Origin: Thermoplasmata archaeon
GTDB lineage: Archaea > Thermoplasmatota > Thermoplasmata > RBG-16-68-12 > JAJISG01
NCBI GenBank assembly: GCA_046758325.1
Contig: JBHHZZ010000003.1
Location: forward strand, 12,381-76,380
Length of the DNA: 64,000 bases
Direction of reading: 5' to 3'
The notes beneath the pieces are model-generated. The model was not told the DNA's origin and searched no databases. It saw only the letters and a list, made by a program, of their open reading frames with translations. The position numbers and the translations under genes are program-made. This document shows, one piece after another, positions 1-8,843 of this stretch; position 1 is the first letter of the stretch; the number at the start of each line of letters is the position of its first letter.

Positions 1-335
1 AAGATGGAAGAATAATCGCTGAGAGCAATGACCCGTACAAGACAGAGGTCCCTGAACATCTGGCATATCACGACCTCAACAGAGAGAGGGGCAGGATGCC
101 AGGGCAGGTAAGGATCAGGGTAAGGTACAAGAAGTACCTCACGCCCTGGTTCGATTATCTCCTCGTCTCGAAGGGAGAAATGGAAAGTATTGTTGGAGGC
201 ACCGGTTGGAAGGTCAGGAGGTTCATCGATTCAGAGGGCTCCCCATACATAGCGGTTATCGGAAAGCCGTAGCGGTCTCGGACTTCAGTCACGCGGCAAG
301 TGTTATCTGAAGCTGCGCCTTGTTCCACCTGAGGC

Positions 336-1100
336 ATGAAGCTGCCCTCACCCGCGTACCGTGACCAGCGACGCTTGTATGACGACCTTGCTTGGCTCTG
401 GCCGATCATAAGCCCCCCAGAAGACTACATCGAGGAGAGCGAGGAGTTCTGCGGGATCATTCGGGAGCACTCCCGGATCGAGGTGAAGACCCTCCTCCAC
501 CTTGGGTGTGGCGGAGGACACAACGACCATACTCTGAAGAGAAACTTCGAGGTCACGGGCATCGATACGAGCGAGGCAATGCTTGCTCTCGCACGGCGGC
601 TCAACCCAGAGGTCACCTATCGCCTTGGAGACATGCGCAACGTGAGACTTGGTGAGATGTTCGATGCAGTGACGGTCCTCGATTCCATCAGTTACATGCT
701 CACAGGCGAAGATCTACGAGCAGTGTTTGAGACGGCTTTCGCGCATCTCAGACCCGGTGGCGTTCTCCTCACGTATGTGGAGGAGAGTCCTGAACGTTTC
801 GAGCAGAACAGGATTCGATGCACAACGCACGCCCAGGGCGGCTCGGAGGTTGTCTTCATCGAGAACGTCTACGACCCGGATCCCTCAGACACCACCTATG
901 AGACGACCTTCGTGTACCTAATCCGGCAAGAGGGTCGGTTGGAGATAGAGACGGACCACCACCTTTGCGGTGTTTTCGGGTTGAAGACATGGCTCGACCT
1001 ATTGCGAGGAGCAGGGTTTGAAGTTGAGGAGACTAGGGTCAGGAATCTGGACTCGGATCGCGAAGAATATCCGGTTCTGGTATGTATCAGATCGCCCTGA
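336..1100 (+). CDS. Class I SAM-dependent methyltransferase
   Basis: Glycine-rich SAM-binding motif I (LHLGCGGG) followed by an acidic motif (GIDTSEAM). Size typical of small-molecule/RNA methyltransferases. Confidence 0.7.
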   Translation: MKLPSPAYRDQRRLYDDLAWLWPIISPPEDYIEESEEFCGIIREHSRIEVKTLLHLGCGGGHNDHTLKRNFEVTGIDTSEAMLALARRLNPEVTYRLGDMRNVRLGEMFDAVTVLDSISYMLTGEDLRAVFETAFAHLRPGGVLLTYVEESPERFEQNRIRCTTHAQGGSEVVFIENVYDPDPSDTTYETTFVYLIRQEGRLEIETDHHLCGVFGLKTWLDLLRGAGFEVEETRVRNLDSDREEYPVLVCIRSP

Positions 1101-1161
1101 GGGTATCGCCGGATTTCACGACGCGTGGCATATGCTGTCCTGCCCGAGGAGGCGGTGAGAG

Positions 1162-1524
1162 ATGAAGGATTGGAGAGGGGCCGTAATTGCCGAGGGATTG
1201 AGCGATCCTACGGTCATCAACAAGCTGTCGGTCTACAAAGCCGTGATTACAGATGATAACATGGCAATCGACTACGAAGGCAATGTCGGAAGATGGCACA
1301 TCTACTACGTGAAATGCTCAAGGGAAGAGATCGATGCCCTGCAGCCCTACGTCTTGCGGGGTTGGTACGCACATTTCTGGAGGGGCAACAAAATCGTAGT
1401 GGTATACGGCGACAGGCAGTTCGAGCTTTTGAAGGACAATAGGGACACGTGGAAGGAAGCCACTGAGCATGGCATAGCCCATGGGATACCAGAAGGGGAA
1501 CTGGACTTTTCGACAGAGGGATGA
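1162..1524 (+). CDS. Hypothetical protein (120 aa), no recognisable family
   Basis: Clean ORF with GC3-rich codon usage, located between the methyltransferase and the bPH_2 protein. No motif recognised. Confidence 0.4.
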   Translation: MKDWRGAVIAEGLSDPTVINKLSVYKAVITDDNMAIDYEGNVGRWHIYYVKCSREEIDALQPYVLRGWYAHFWRGNKIVVVYGDRQFELLKDNRDTWKEATEHGIAHGIPEGELDFSTEG

Positions 1525-1637
1525 GTCTTGCCGGGGTTGGCCTCATTGGCATAGCTCCAGGAACATACAGGGTCGGTGAGGTACTTGATCAAGACCTTGG
1601 TAATCGCGGAGCGATAGTCCCTGCTTGGTGAAAAATC

Positions 1638-2228
1638 CTACGAGGAAGGTCCGGAGGATTGTAGGAAGGACAGTCGCTCGGCTAGCATACTTTCCACTCT
1701 TGCCGGATTTCTTATGGCCTCGAGGACGATGCTGTCCTCACCTGTGTCGATAACGACGTCCCCGATGCCGAAAAGCCGCTTGACGATGGACTGATTCAGC
1801 TCCACCCTTTCCACCTTGTTGTAAGGCATGTACTGGATCCTCTTGCTCAGGATTCCCTCCCGCCTGGCTACTCGGTTCTCGTAGACCATGTATCGCCTGG
1901 TGAGCCTCTTCAGCTCAGCGTAGAAGAAGACTATTAGGGAGAGTACGCCCAGAGACAGGGGAAGCATGACATTAAGGTCGGCCCCCGCTACAATAGGGAG
2001 TCCCAGTGAGAGGATGTCCAGAGACATGGAGGCGCTGAGTCCTGCAAGAATCGCAGTGAGCAGATAGAGGTGAAGGGATATGATGCGGGAAGGCGCAGCC
2101 TTGTAGAGAAGCTTATCGAACTCCCGTTCGCCCACGGGGAGGCATTGGGGAAGGCGGTCATAAATTATTTCCCATACTATTCTCCGTTCCGATAACGGCC
2201 AACTTAGGAGTAGGTGTTCTGCCCTCAA
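1638..2228 (-). CDS. bPH_2 (YdbS/YdbT-like bacterial PH domain) membrane protein
   Basis: Two N-terminal TM helices followed by a bPH_2-like block (YMVYENRVARREGILSKRIQYMPYNKVERVELNQSIVKRLFGIGDVVIDTGEDSI). Confidence 0.6.
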   Translation of the reverse strand: MRAEHLLLSWPLSERRIVWEIIYDRLPQCLPVGEREFDKLLYKAAPSRIISLHLYLLTAILAGLSASMSLDILSLGLPIVAGADLNVMLPLSLGVLSLIVFFYAELKRLTRRYMVYENRVARREGILSKRIQYMPYNKVERVELNQSIVKRLFGIGDVVIDTGEDSIVLEAIRNPARVESMLAERLSFLQSSGPSS

Positions 2229-2490
2229 GACCGTTCTTAAGGCTCTCAGGTGCCGTTATGATTATCTCGTGACGGATTCCCCGAAAGTCGGAGGTCAAAT
2301 CAGTCGTGGGTAGTCGGTTGTCCACGGAAGGGGTAGTCGCGGTAGTGACAACGTTGTCAAGAGCCTCGAGAAGGGCTGCCTCGCCTACCACCCCTGTTCT
2401 GGAAGAGTCGACGAGAAGATCCATTCTTGTCATGCAGCAATATCAAGAGAGACATAAAATACGGGAAGAGCTCCTAGGGGATATTCGAGA

Positions 2491-2706
2491 ATGCAGCCTC
2501 GAAAGTTAAAGAAGAGGACCTACTTGACGCTCATCACCCTCCTCGTGGGCCTGTTTGTTGTAGCCGGATTTCTGTCGATGGTCATGGTTCTGCATAGGCC
2601 ACCGTCAGCTATCGTCACATGGCGAGTAATCCTGATTCTGATTGGGATACTTGTAGCGGGAATCATCCTAGCCAGGCTGACGAACGCGGAACAACACAAG
2701 GACTGA
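2491..2706 (+). CDS. Small two-TM membrane protein (71 aa), putative
   Basis: Two hydrophobic helices (LTLITLLVGLFVVAGFLSMVMVL and VILILIGILVAGIILARL). No homology recognised. Overlaps the long N-terminal extension of the next ORF. Confidence 0.3.
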   Translation: MQPRKLKKRTYLTLITLLVGLFVVAGFLSMVMVLHRPPSAIVTWRVILILIGILVAGIILARLTNAEQHKD

Positions 2707-2843
2707 GAGACGAGCGTTCACAGACCCGGGACAAGGCCATTAGGACGAGGGCAGCAGCTCAGTCGTGCCGACTCCTTCCCATTCACGGGGTTGAGGGGCT
2801 GGACATCCCAGGGTATTTTCACCTCCCCCCAGGAAAAGGCCAT

Positions 2844-3296
2844 ATGATAGGCGACGATGGCCGGACGGTGATGGAGAAAGAGCTCAGGAGGCCTGTCGAG
2901 CACTTCCTCAAGGAGAGCGGGATGGAGGTTCTTCATGAGGTGTCTATCAACGGAAGAATAGCGGATGTCGTGGGAGTGTCGAAGGACCTCATCGCCATTG
3001 AGCTCAAGCTAACCGATTGGAGGAGGGGGCTAAGACAGGCCATGAGCTATCAGCTGGCCTGCGACCGCTCCTACCTATGCTTGCCCTTCCATGAAGCCCT
3101 TCGAATGACGTACAAGGCCCACTACTTCGAGAAGGAAGGTGTGGGAGTACTGGGATGCCTCCTCGACAGTGGAGAGGTCCGAGTGATCATCAGGGCCAGA
3201 CCCTCTCGGAGGCTCCTCCCGTTTCTCGCTGACTTCCTGAGGGATTCTCTTCTGGAGAAAGGCTGCCTGCGTCTAGGGAGCGACTTGAAGGATTAG
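2844..3296 (+). CDS. PD-(D/E)xK nuclease, Holliday junction resolvase Hjc-like
   Basis: The catalytic triad spacing matches archaeal Hjc: EKELRRPVEHFLKESGMEV (Glu), GRIADVVGV (Asp), LIAIELKLTD (Glu-x-Lys). This aligns to Hjc AERELIKLLEKHGF...VDLVA...CIEVK. The start was moved to the internal ATG at 2844 because the long N-extension looks non-coding. Confidence 0.5.
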   Translation: MIGDDGRTVMEKELRRPVEHFLKESGMEVLHEVSINGRIADVVGVSKDLIAIELKLTDWRRGLRQAMSYQLACDRSYLCLPFHEALRMTYKAHYFEKEGVGVLGCLLDSGEVRVIIRARPSRRLLPFLADFLRDSLLEKGCLRLGSDLKD

Positions 3297-3730
3297 ACGT
3301 CCTCGCTTTCCCGCTTGCTCATGTAGTGGATGTCCTCGTGGAGGCGGTATCCGTTGGATTGGAAGAACACGAGGGAGTCCTCGTTCCAGTCCTCCACCAA
3401 GGCGGCAATGATGCGCCTGCCTCGTCTCTGGAGGGCAGATTCCGCTTCTTGAAGAAGCCTGGTCCCGATGCCCCTCCCTCGATAGTCGGGGTCTACGGCC
3501 AGGCGGTTAATCCATCCCTTGCGCCCGTCATCGGTTCCCAGAACAGTGCCAACCAGTTCGCTGTCGATGTAGGCTCCTATCGCGAGGTCCGGATTGCTCC
3601 TCATCTCCTCTCGGAGAGCGGTGGGAAGGTCCCTGCCCTTCGGTCGATGGGGCAGCCTCGCGCTCCGCCACAAGGCGAGAATTCTCTCTGGATTCTCCTT
3701 ACTCAGTGACCGGATCACTACATCTTTCAT
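3293..3730 (-). CDS. GNAT family N-acetyltransferase
   Basis: Acetyl-CoA binding motif (RLAVDPDYRGRGIGTRLLQEAE). Start chosen at MKDVVIRSL on the minus strand (ATG at 3730). Confidence 0.75.
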   Translation of the reverse strand: MKDVVIRSLSKENPERILALWRSARLPHRPKGRDLPTALREEMRSNPDLAIGAYIDSELVGTVLGTDDGRKGWINRLAVDPDYRGRGIGTRLLQEAESALQRRGRRIIAALVEDWNEDSLVFFQSNGYRLHEDIHYMSKRESEDV

Positions 3731-3843
3731 GCTGCTCACCGAGATCTTAAGGGGAACAGTCGTGGGAACAGTGGGGACGCAGCACAAAAAGTCTTGCCCC
3801 TGAGGCTGTTGACGCCCCAGCATATCCCTACCGGAAACTTGCC

Positions 3844-4836
3844 TTGCCAAGTCTGGTCGATAACAGACGATTGATCGACTGGGAAGCATTTTTTAGAGTC
3901 CCCATCTTTGGTGAGGCGGTGAACCGGAAAAAAGCCCTTCTCATGGCTGTCGTCGTCCTTGCTGGCTCAGTAGCGGGGGCAGGGACGTACTTAATCCTCC
4001 AATCGCTCTTCCTAAGGATCGCGCTGCCTTCCTTCCCGGGGGAGCTAGCGCTTTCCTTTCTCCAGCCCGATCCCTACAGTCGCATCATCGTAGAGGTGGA
4101 CTGGGTTTCTGGGCAGGATCCTGACGCGGCTGCCCTCGACACGCTGAAGAATAGGCTGATAACCTACACACATAAGGAGAAGGTTGACATCGTCCTCTCC
4201 GACACCATGGAGGTCGACATCACCCTTTTCAGCCCGAATGACCTCCACAGCGTCGAGACTTCCTACAGAGACTTCGACTCCGGAGGCGACACCCTGGTGT
4301 TATACGTAATGTATCTCCCAGGAAGCCTGGAGGACAGCGACAAGTCTCTGGCTGTGAGCTACCAGGGCGGCTCCTTAGCCGTCTTCAAGGAAGCCGTTGG
4401 GAGGGTGGCCAGGACAACCCGGACCGTGTCCGCGCAGGATGTGGAGACCTCCGCTCTGATACATGAGCTGGGCCATCTCTTCGGACTGGTGAACATCGTT
4501 TACCAGAGTGATCTGGACTACGAGGACCAGGAGCATCCATTCCACAGTACAAACAGGAGCTGCGTCATGTACTGGGCCATAGAGACCGGTCCTTTCCTCA
4601 CGGAGAAGCCACCGACGGATTTTGGGTCGGAGGCAAGCTACGACATCGCTAAGCTCAGGGAGGGAGGATATGAGACTTCCCCCAGTCGGTTGAGAGAGTC
4701 ATCCACGATGGCATCCTTCCTATCCCACGTGGTGGATGTCCGCATGCAGGTCGCCGAAGGGATGAGACCGATATTCTTATGTAGCGCCGGGAATCCTTTA
4801 GAAGGGGATCATGGCAACAGGCTTCGTGCTGATTAG
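3844..4836 (+). CDS. Membrane-anchored HEXXH zinc metalloprotease, archaemetzincin-like but divergent
   Basis: N-terminal TM anchor (LLMAVVVLAGSVAGAG) and an HELGHLFGL zinc-binding motif with a downstream CVMYW. The third metzincin His is replaced (GLVN). The true start may be the internal Met at about 3943. Confidence 0.55.
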   Translation: MPSLVDNRRLIDWEAFFRVPIFGEAVNRKKALLMAVVVLAGSVAGAGTYLILQSLFLRIALPSFPGELALSFLQPDPYSRIIVEVDWVSGQDPDAAALDTLKNRLITYTHKEKVDIVLSDTMEVDITLFSPNDLHSVETSYRDFDSGGDTLVLYVMYLPGSLEDSDKSLAVSYQGGSLAVFKEAVGRVARTTRTVSAQDVETSALIHELGHLFGLVNIVYQSDLDYEDQEHPFHSTNRSCVMYWAIETGPFLTEKPPTDFGSEASYDIAKLREGGYETSPSRLRESSTMASFLSHVVDVRMQVAEGMRPIFLCSAGNPLEGDHGNRLRAD

Positions 4837-5044
4837 CGTTGAACCTGGGACCGAGAGGGAGGTTTTCCAGGAGGTAATCAAGATCGACGAAGTTGTGGAC
4901 GTCCACCTTCTCTTCGGCGAGTACGACCTCATCGCCAGGGTTGAGGCGCAGGACTACGACGTAATCGGCGATATCGTCGTGAACAAGGTGAGGAAGATTC
5001 CCGGGGTTACGTCCACCAAGACCCTGGCAAAGATACAGCTTTAG
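4811..5044 (+). CDS. Stand-alone Lrp/AsnC ligand-binding (RAM) domain protein
   Basis: 77 aa with the beta-alpha-beta-beta-alpha-beta RAM signature (VLISVEPGTEREVFQEVIKIDEVVDVHLLFGEYDLIARVEA). There is no HTH domain. Confidence 0.7.
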   Translation: MATGFVLISVEPGTEREVFQEVIKIDEVVDVHLLFGEYDLIARVEAQDYDVIGDIVVNKVRKIPGVTSTKTLAKIQL

Positions 5045-5109
5045 TCGGCTCCGAGACCAAACCTTCATTCACCACGGGCGCTAGCTGTTACCCGCTTGGA
5101 AGAGGGCAC

Positions 5110-6321
5110 ATGAGGGAAGAGAAGGTTACTGTTGCCGTCCTATCGATTATGGTTTTTCTCATCCTGATGGGCGCGACCCTGCTGGCGCCCGTGCTGCCCT
5201 TCTACGCCAAGACTTTCGGGGCGAGCGAGTTCATGATTGGGCTGCTCATTTCGGGTTACTTTCTGGCCAGGGCTGTGTTTGACATCCCTGCGGGGGTCAT
5301 GGGGGACAGGAAAGGCCAGAAGAGGGTCATGGGCTATGGCCTGCTGCTCATCGCCACCTCCTCGGTCCTGGCGGGCCTCGCCTTCAACTACTGGCTCCTC
5401 CTGGCTGTGCGTGTGGCAGAGGGTGTCGGCTCAGCGATGTACGTGACCTCATCCTTGGCGCTTCTGGCCAAGGTGGCCCCTCAGCAGAAGAGGGGACAGT
5501 ACATGAGCTACTATGTCGCCGCCCTACTGGCTGGGGCGGTGTCGGGTCCGGCAGCGGGAGGGTACATAGCCATCTACCTGGGCCTAAGGGCTCCCTTCTT
5601 CTTCTACGCCTTGGTCGGGACCATTGCCCTCGTCCTGATGAAGGCCTTCCTGCCCGTGGAGGTCTCCAGGGGCGAGAGGATGAGCGTCTCCGTGAAGGAT
5701 GTCGGCCGCGTTCTCCGGAACCCATCCTTCTTGCTGGTCAACCTGGCCACGATGAGCGCCTTTTTCGTGCGTGGGGGCGTCAACCTGGTGATCTTTCCCC
5801 TCTGGTCCGCGGCAAGGTTCGGTTTCGACCCGGGCATCATCGGCCTCCTTCTCACCGTTGCCGCATTGTCGTCCATCGTCACCATGTTCCCTTCAGGGCA
5901 CCTGGCGGACCGCTACGGAAGGAAGGTCCCCTTCATGTCCAGCCTACTCCTGACGGCCGCCGTCCTCCCCTTCATCTTCTACTCAGACAGCTTCTCCACC
6001 CTCACCATGATGATGGTGATGTTCGGCCTGGCGATCGGTCTGCACGGACCGATGGCGGCGTGGGCTGCGGATCTGGCGCCTCCAGACAGCATGGGCATGA
6101 CCATGGGGCTCTACCGGACCCTGGGGGACATGGGGTGGGTGCTGGGCCCCCTCGTCCTGTCGTACGTGTCGGAGACCACGGGCCCCATCGCCACCAACGT
6201 CTGGCCCTTCCTGGTCGCATCCGTATGGGCGGCCTTCTTCGGCCTCCTGCTGATTCCTGCCAAGGACCCCGCCTCGGGAGCCGGACGCAAGGTACCAGTG
6301 CTGCCGGATGGCAAGGGCTAG
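5110..6321 (+). CDS. MFS transporter
   Basis: Twelve predicted TM segments and the MFS signature (GVMGDRKGQKRVM). The second half is duplicated in the same way (GHLADRYGRK). Confidence 0.8.
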   Translation: MREEKVTVAVLSIMVFLILMGATLLAPVLPFYAKTFGASEFMIGLLISGYFLARAVFDIPAGVMGDRKGQKRVMGYGLLLIATSSVLAGLAFNYWLLLAVRVAEGVGSAMYVTSSLALLAKVAPQQKRGQYMSYYVAALLAGAVSGPAAGGYIAIYLGLRAPFFFYALVGTIALVLMKAFLPVEVSRGERMSVSVKDVGRVLRNPSFLLVNLATMSAFFVRGGVNLVIFPLWSAARFGFDPGIIGLLLTVAALSSIVTMFPSGHLADRYGRKVPFMSSLLLTAAVLPFIFYSDSFSTLTMMMVMFGLAIGLHGPMAAWAADLAPPDSMGMTMGLYRTLGDMGWVLGPLVLSYVSETTGPIATNVWPFLVASVWAAFFGLLLIPAKDPASGAGRKVPVLPDGKG

Positions 6322-7337
6322 CTTGTGCTGAGGATGTGCTCCACGTACCCGAGCAGAGGAAGGTCCAGCATGGTCTTCAGACCCGGCTGGGCCCCGAGGA
6401 CCCGTGGGATCGCATTGACCACGGCGGCGATGGTAGCCTCGTCGCCCATGATACCGTCAGGGATCTCGACCTGCAGGCCAGGCTTCCCGTCGATGACGAC
6501 GACGTCCCGGGGCCTCTCGGCCCCCATGTACATCTCCAGCTCGAGGCGGATGACTTCCTTCCCTTTCACGTGAGCCACCCCGATCTGGCGGAGGCCTGCC
6601 ACTCTCCCCTCGGGAACGTTCAGATGTCGACTTGAGACCTCCTCCGGAGCCATCACCGGCTCGATGTCCACCTTCGTGGATGAGAGGTTCCAGCCGAAGG
6701 CCGCGCCTACCATGTCCAACGACTCATAGGTGCCCACGTGTCCCAGCCTTCCCTCCTTGACCATTGCCTCGAACTCCTCCTTCGTCAGGCCTGCTCCCAC
6801 CTTCCTCTGGAGGGGAAGCCTGCGCTTTGCGACGTCGACCACTCGGATGGCCTGGACACTATCCACCCGGGTGCACATGCTGCTCAGGGCAATCACCAGA
6901 GCGTCCATCACGAATCCCGGGTTAACGCCGGTTCCGAGGGCCGTGACCCCCTCCCTCCTAGCCGCCTGGTCGATCTCCTGGGCGAAGTGGCGATGGGACC
7001 TCCAGGGATAGGAGAGTTCCTCGCAGGTGGAGACGACGTTGCACCCGGCCAGGAAAGCCTCCGCCAGCTGAGGATGGGCTTCCCAGATGTAGGAGGTGGT
7101 GCAGTGGAGGAGCACATCTGCGTCTCCTCTCCTCACTGCCTCCCTCAGATCCCTCCTTACGGTTACGCCGACGTTCCCCTGCAAGCCGATGACATCTCCA
7201 ATGTCCCTCCCCACCTTGCCCTCATCGATGTCGACGGCCGCCACGATGTCAAGCCCGCGGGAGATGCACTCCCTGGCTAGCGCGGAGCCGATAGCTCCCA
7301 GACCGTATGCGACAACCCTGACATCCTCCCCCATCAC
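6318..7337 (-). CDS. NAD(P)-dependent amine / amino-acid dehydrogenase, DapB-N fold (2,4-diaminopentanoate dehydrogenase-like)
   Basis: N-terminal Rossmann motif VRVVAYGLGAIGSALA. Length of about 340 aa and overall architecture resemble Ord/AmDH4-type and DapB-like enzymes. Overlaps the upstream aminotransferase by 4 nt, so the two form an operon. Confidence 0.5.
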   Translation of the reverse strand: MMGEDVRVVAYGLGAIGSALARECISRGLDIVAAVDIDEGKVGRDIGDVIGLQGNVGVTVRRDLREAVRRGDADVLLHCTTSYIWEAHPQLAEAFLAGCNVVSTCEELSYPWRSHRHFAQEIDQAARREGVTALGTGVNPGFVMDALVIALSSMCTRVDSVQAIRVVDVAKRRLPLQRKVGAGLTKEEFEAMVKEGRLGHVGTYESLDMVGAAFGWNLSSTKVDIEPVMAPEEVSSRHLNVPEGRVAGLRQIGVAHVKGKEVIRLELEMYMGAERPRDVVVIDGKPGLQVEIPDGIMGDEATIAAVVNAIPRVLGAQPGLKTMLDLPLLGYVEHILSTS

Positions 7338-8698
7338 CGTCCCTCCTGGATGTCCTCGGCGACCTTCCCCATCGCCTTGAAGAGTCTGCTCACATCCTCC
7401 TCCGTGTGGGCGAAGGAGAGGCAGCCGCCGCCGTGCATCGTATACACACCCTCGTTGACGAGCCTAAGCTTGAGTTCCTCATCCCGCCGTCGGTGGTCGG
7501 TTCTGTAGTATACGTCCCTCGCGCTCCTGATCTCGACGCCCTCCTCGAGGGGAAAGTGGACCTGGAATAGGGATTCGATCCCAGTGCATACGACCTCCAC
7601 GCCATGGTTCCGGAAGGCGGCCTGAACCCCTTCGCGGACCCGCTTTCCGAGGCGGCCCAGCCTCTCGTAGCCACCCTCATGCTCCTCCAAATGCCTGAGG
7701 ACGATCGTCCCCGCCCTCATGCTCATGGGATTGCAGGAGAAGGTTCCACCCCCGATGGAGACCTTCAGTCCTTCTCGACCCTTTCCCCTTGGATTGGCGA
7801 GTGACATCGCCTCTTCTCTTCCGGCCACGGCCCCCACGGGCATGCCTCCCCCCAGCACCTTGCCGAGAGTGACCATGTCCGGAACCACGCCGTAGTACTC
7901 CTGGGCCCCGCCTAGACCCAGGCGGAAACCGGTGATGATCTCATCAAAGATTAGGAGGACATCCCTGGATTCCGTCTCTTCCCTCAGAGCCTTAAGGAAC
8001 TCTTCGTCGGCTGGAACGGCGCCCCCGGCCCCTAGGACAGGCTCAACGATGACTCCCGCCAGATCCTTTTCCCGTCGGATGGTATCGAGGGCCCCATCGA
8101 CGTCGTTGAAGGGAAAGGTCTTGACGACCCTCTCCAGGGAAGCGGGCATGCCGAGGGATTCAGGCTTCTCGAAGGGGCCGTGAACGGCCATGAGGAGGTC
8201 CGTGCAGAATCCGTGCCATCCTCCTTCCGCCTTGAGTATGACAGAGCGGCCTGTGTTGCCTCGAGCCAGCCGAACAGCGTACATGGTCGCTTCCGCACCG
8301 GTGTTGCAGAACTTCACGGCGTCGACGCAGGGCACGTGTCCCTGTACCATCTCCGCCAGCTCCACCTCCCACTCGTTCACTATCCCCCAGTGGACTCCTT
8401 CCTTCAGCTGCTCCCTTAGCGCCTCAAGGATGGCAGGATGACCGTGGCCAAGGATCAGGGCGAAATGACCCATCCAGTAGTCGATGTACTCGTTCCCGTC
8501 CACGTCCCAGATCCTGGATCCCCTGGCGGATTTGACGTAGAAGGGATAAGGGGGGAAGTACCGGAGACCGTGACAGACACCCCCAGGAATCACTGCCTCA
8601 CCCCTCTCAAAGAGGGCTTTCGACTTTGAGGTTCGAAGAAGGTATTTCCGATGCAGGTTCTCCAAATCGCCGACCTCCAGCGAGCATACGGAGACCAT
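7334..8698 (-). CDS. Class III (PLP) aminotransferase, glutamate-1-semialdehyde aminomutase-like
   Basis: N-terminal LFERGEAVIPGGV...RYFPPYPFYV...GSRIWDVDGNEYIDY is typical of the HemL/GSA-aminotransferase subgroup, and the PLP-lysine region is present. Confidence 0.75.
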   Translation of the reverse strand: MVSVCSLEVGDLENLHRKYLLRTSKSKALFERGEAVIPGGVCHGLRYFPPYPFYVKSARGSRIWDVDGNEYIDYWMGHFALILGHGHPAILEALREQLKEGVHWGIVNEWEVELAEMVQGHVPCVDAVKFCNTGAEATMYAVRLARGNTGRSVILKAEGGWHGFCTDLLMAVHGPFEKPESLGMPASLERVVKTFPFNDVDGALDTIRREKDLAGVIVEPVLGAGGAVPADEEFLKALREETESRDVLLIFDEIITGFRLGLGGAQEYYGVVPDMVTLGKVLGGGMPVGAVAGREEAMSLANPRGKGREGLKVSIGGGTFSCNPMSMRAGTIVLRHLEEHEGGYERLGRLGKRVREGVQAAFRNHGVEVVCTGIESLFQVHFPLEEGVEIRSARDVYYRTDHRRRDEELKLRLVNEGVYTMHGGGCLSFAHTEEDVSRLFKAMGKVAEDIQEGR

Positions 8699-8843
8699 CC
8701 AGGCCCTTAAATCTTCTTCAACCTCGAGGCGTTGACCGCCTGAGACGGCCAGGAGAAGGCTGAAGCTCTGCGGGAATGCGCTCCACTCCCATCAGCGCCC
8801 GCAGTAGGCTAAAGCTTAAGCTGGATGGAAGTCTCTTCGACTC

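Noticed and set aside
2158-2433. 91-aa minus-strand ORF upstream of the bPH_2 gene
   Set aside because: It overlaps the bPH_2 N-terminus. Its translation is low complexity (TTATTPSV...) with no motif, so it is probably non-coding leader or promoter sequence.
2619-2843. 75-codon N-terminal extension of the Hjc-like ORF
   Set aside because: The extension (SDWDTCSGNHPSQADERGTTQG...) is low complexity and Arg/Thr/Gln-rich. It overlaps the small TM ORF in another frame. The conserved nuclease core starts after the internal ATG.
6060-6635. 191-aa ORF spanning the convergent junction of the MFS and amine-dehydrogenase genes
   Set aside because: It overlaps the ends of two real genes on opposite strands and has a Gly/Pro/Arg-rich composition.
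8811-8818. GCTTAAG(C) motif recurring upstream of the MBL gene (8811), surface paralog 1 (32755) and surface paralog 2 (33910)
   Set aside because: About five occurrences of a 7-mer of this composition are expected by chance in 64 kb. Only one copy is the full 8-bp palindrome. This is insufficient to call a regulon motif.
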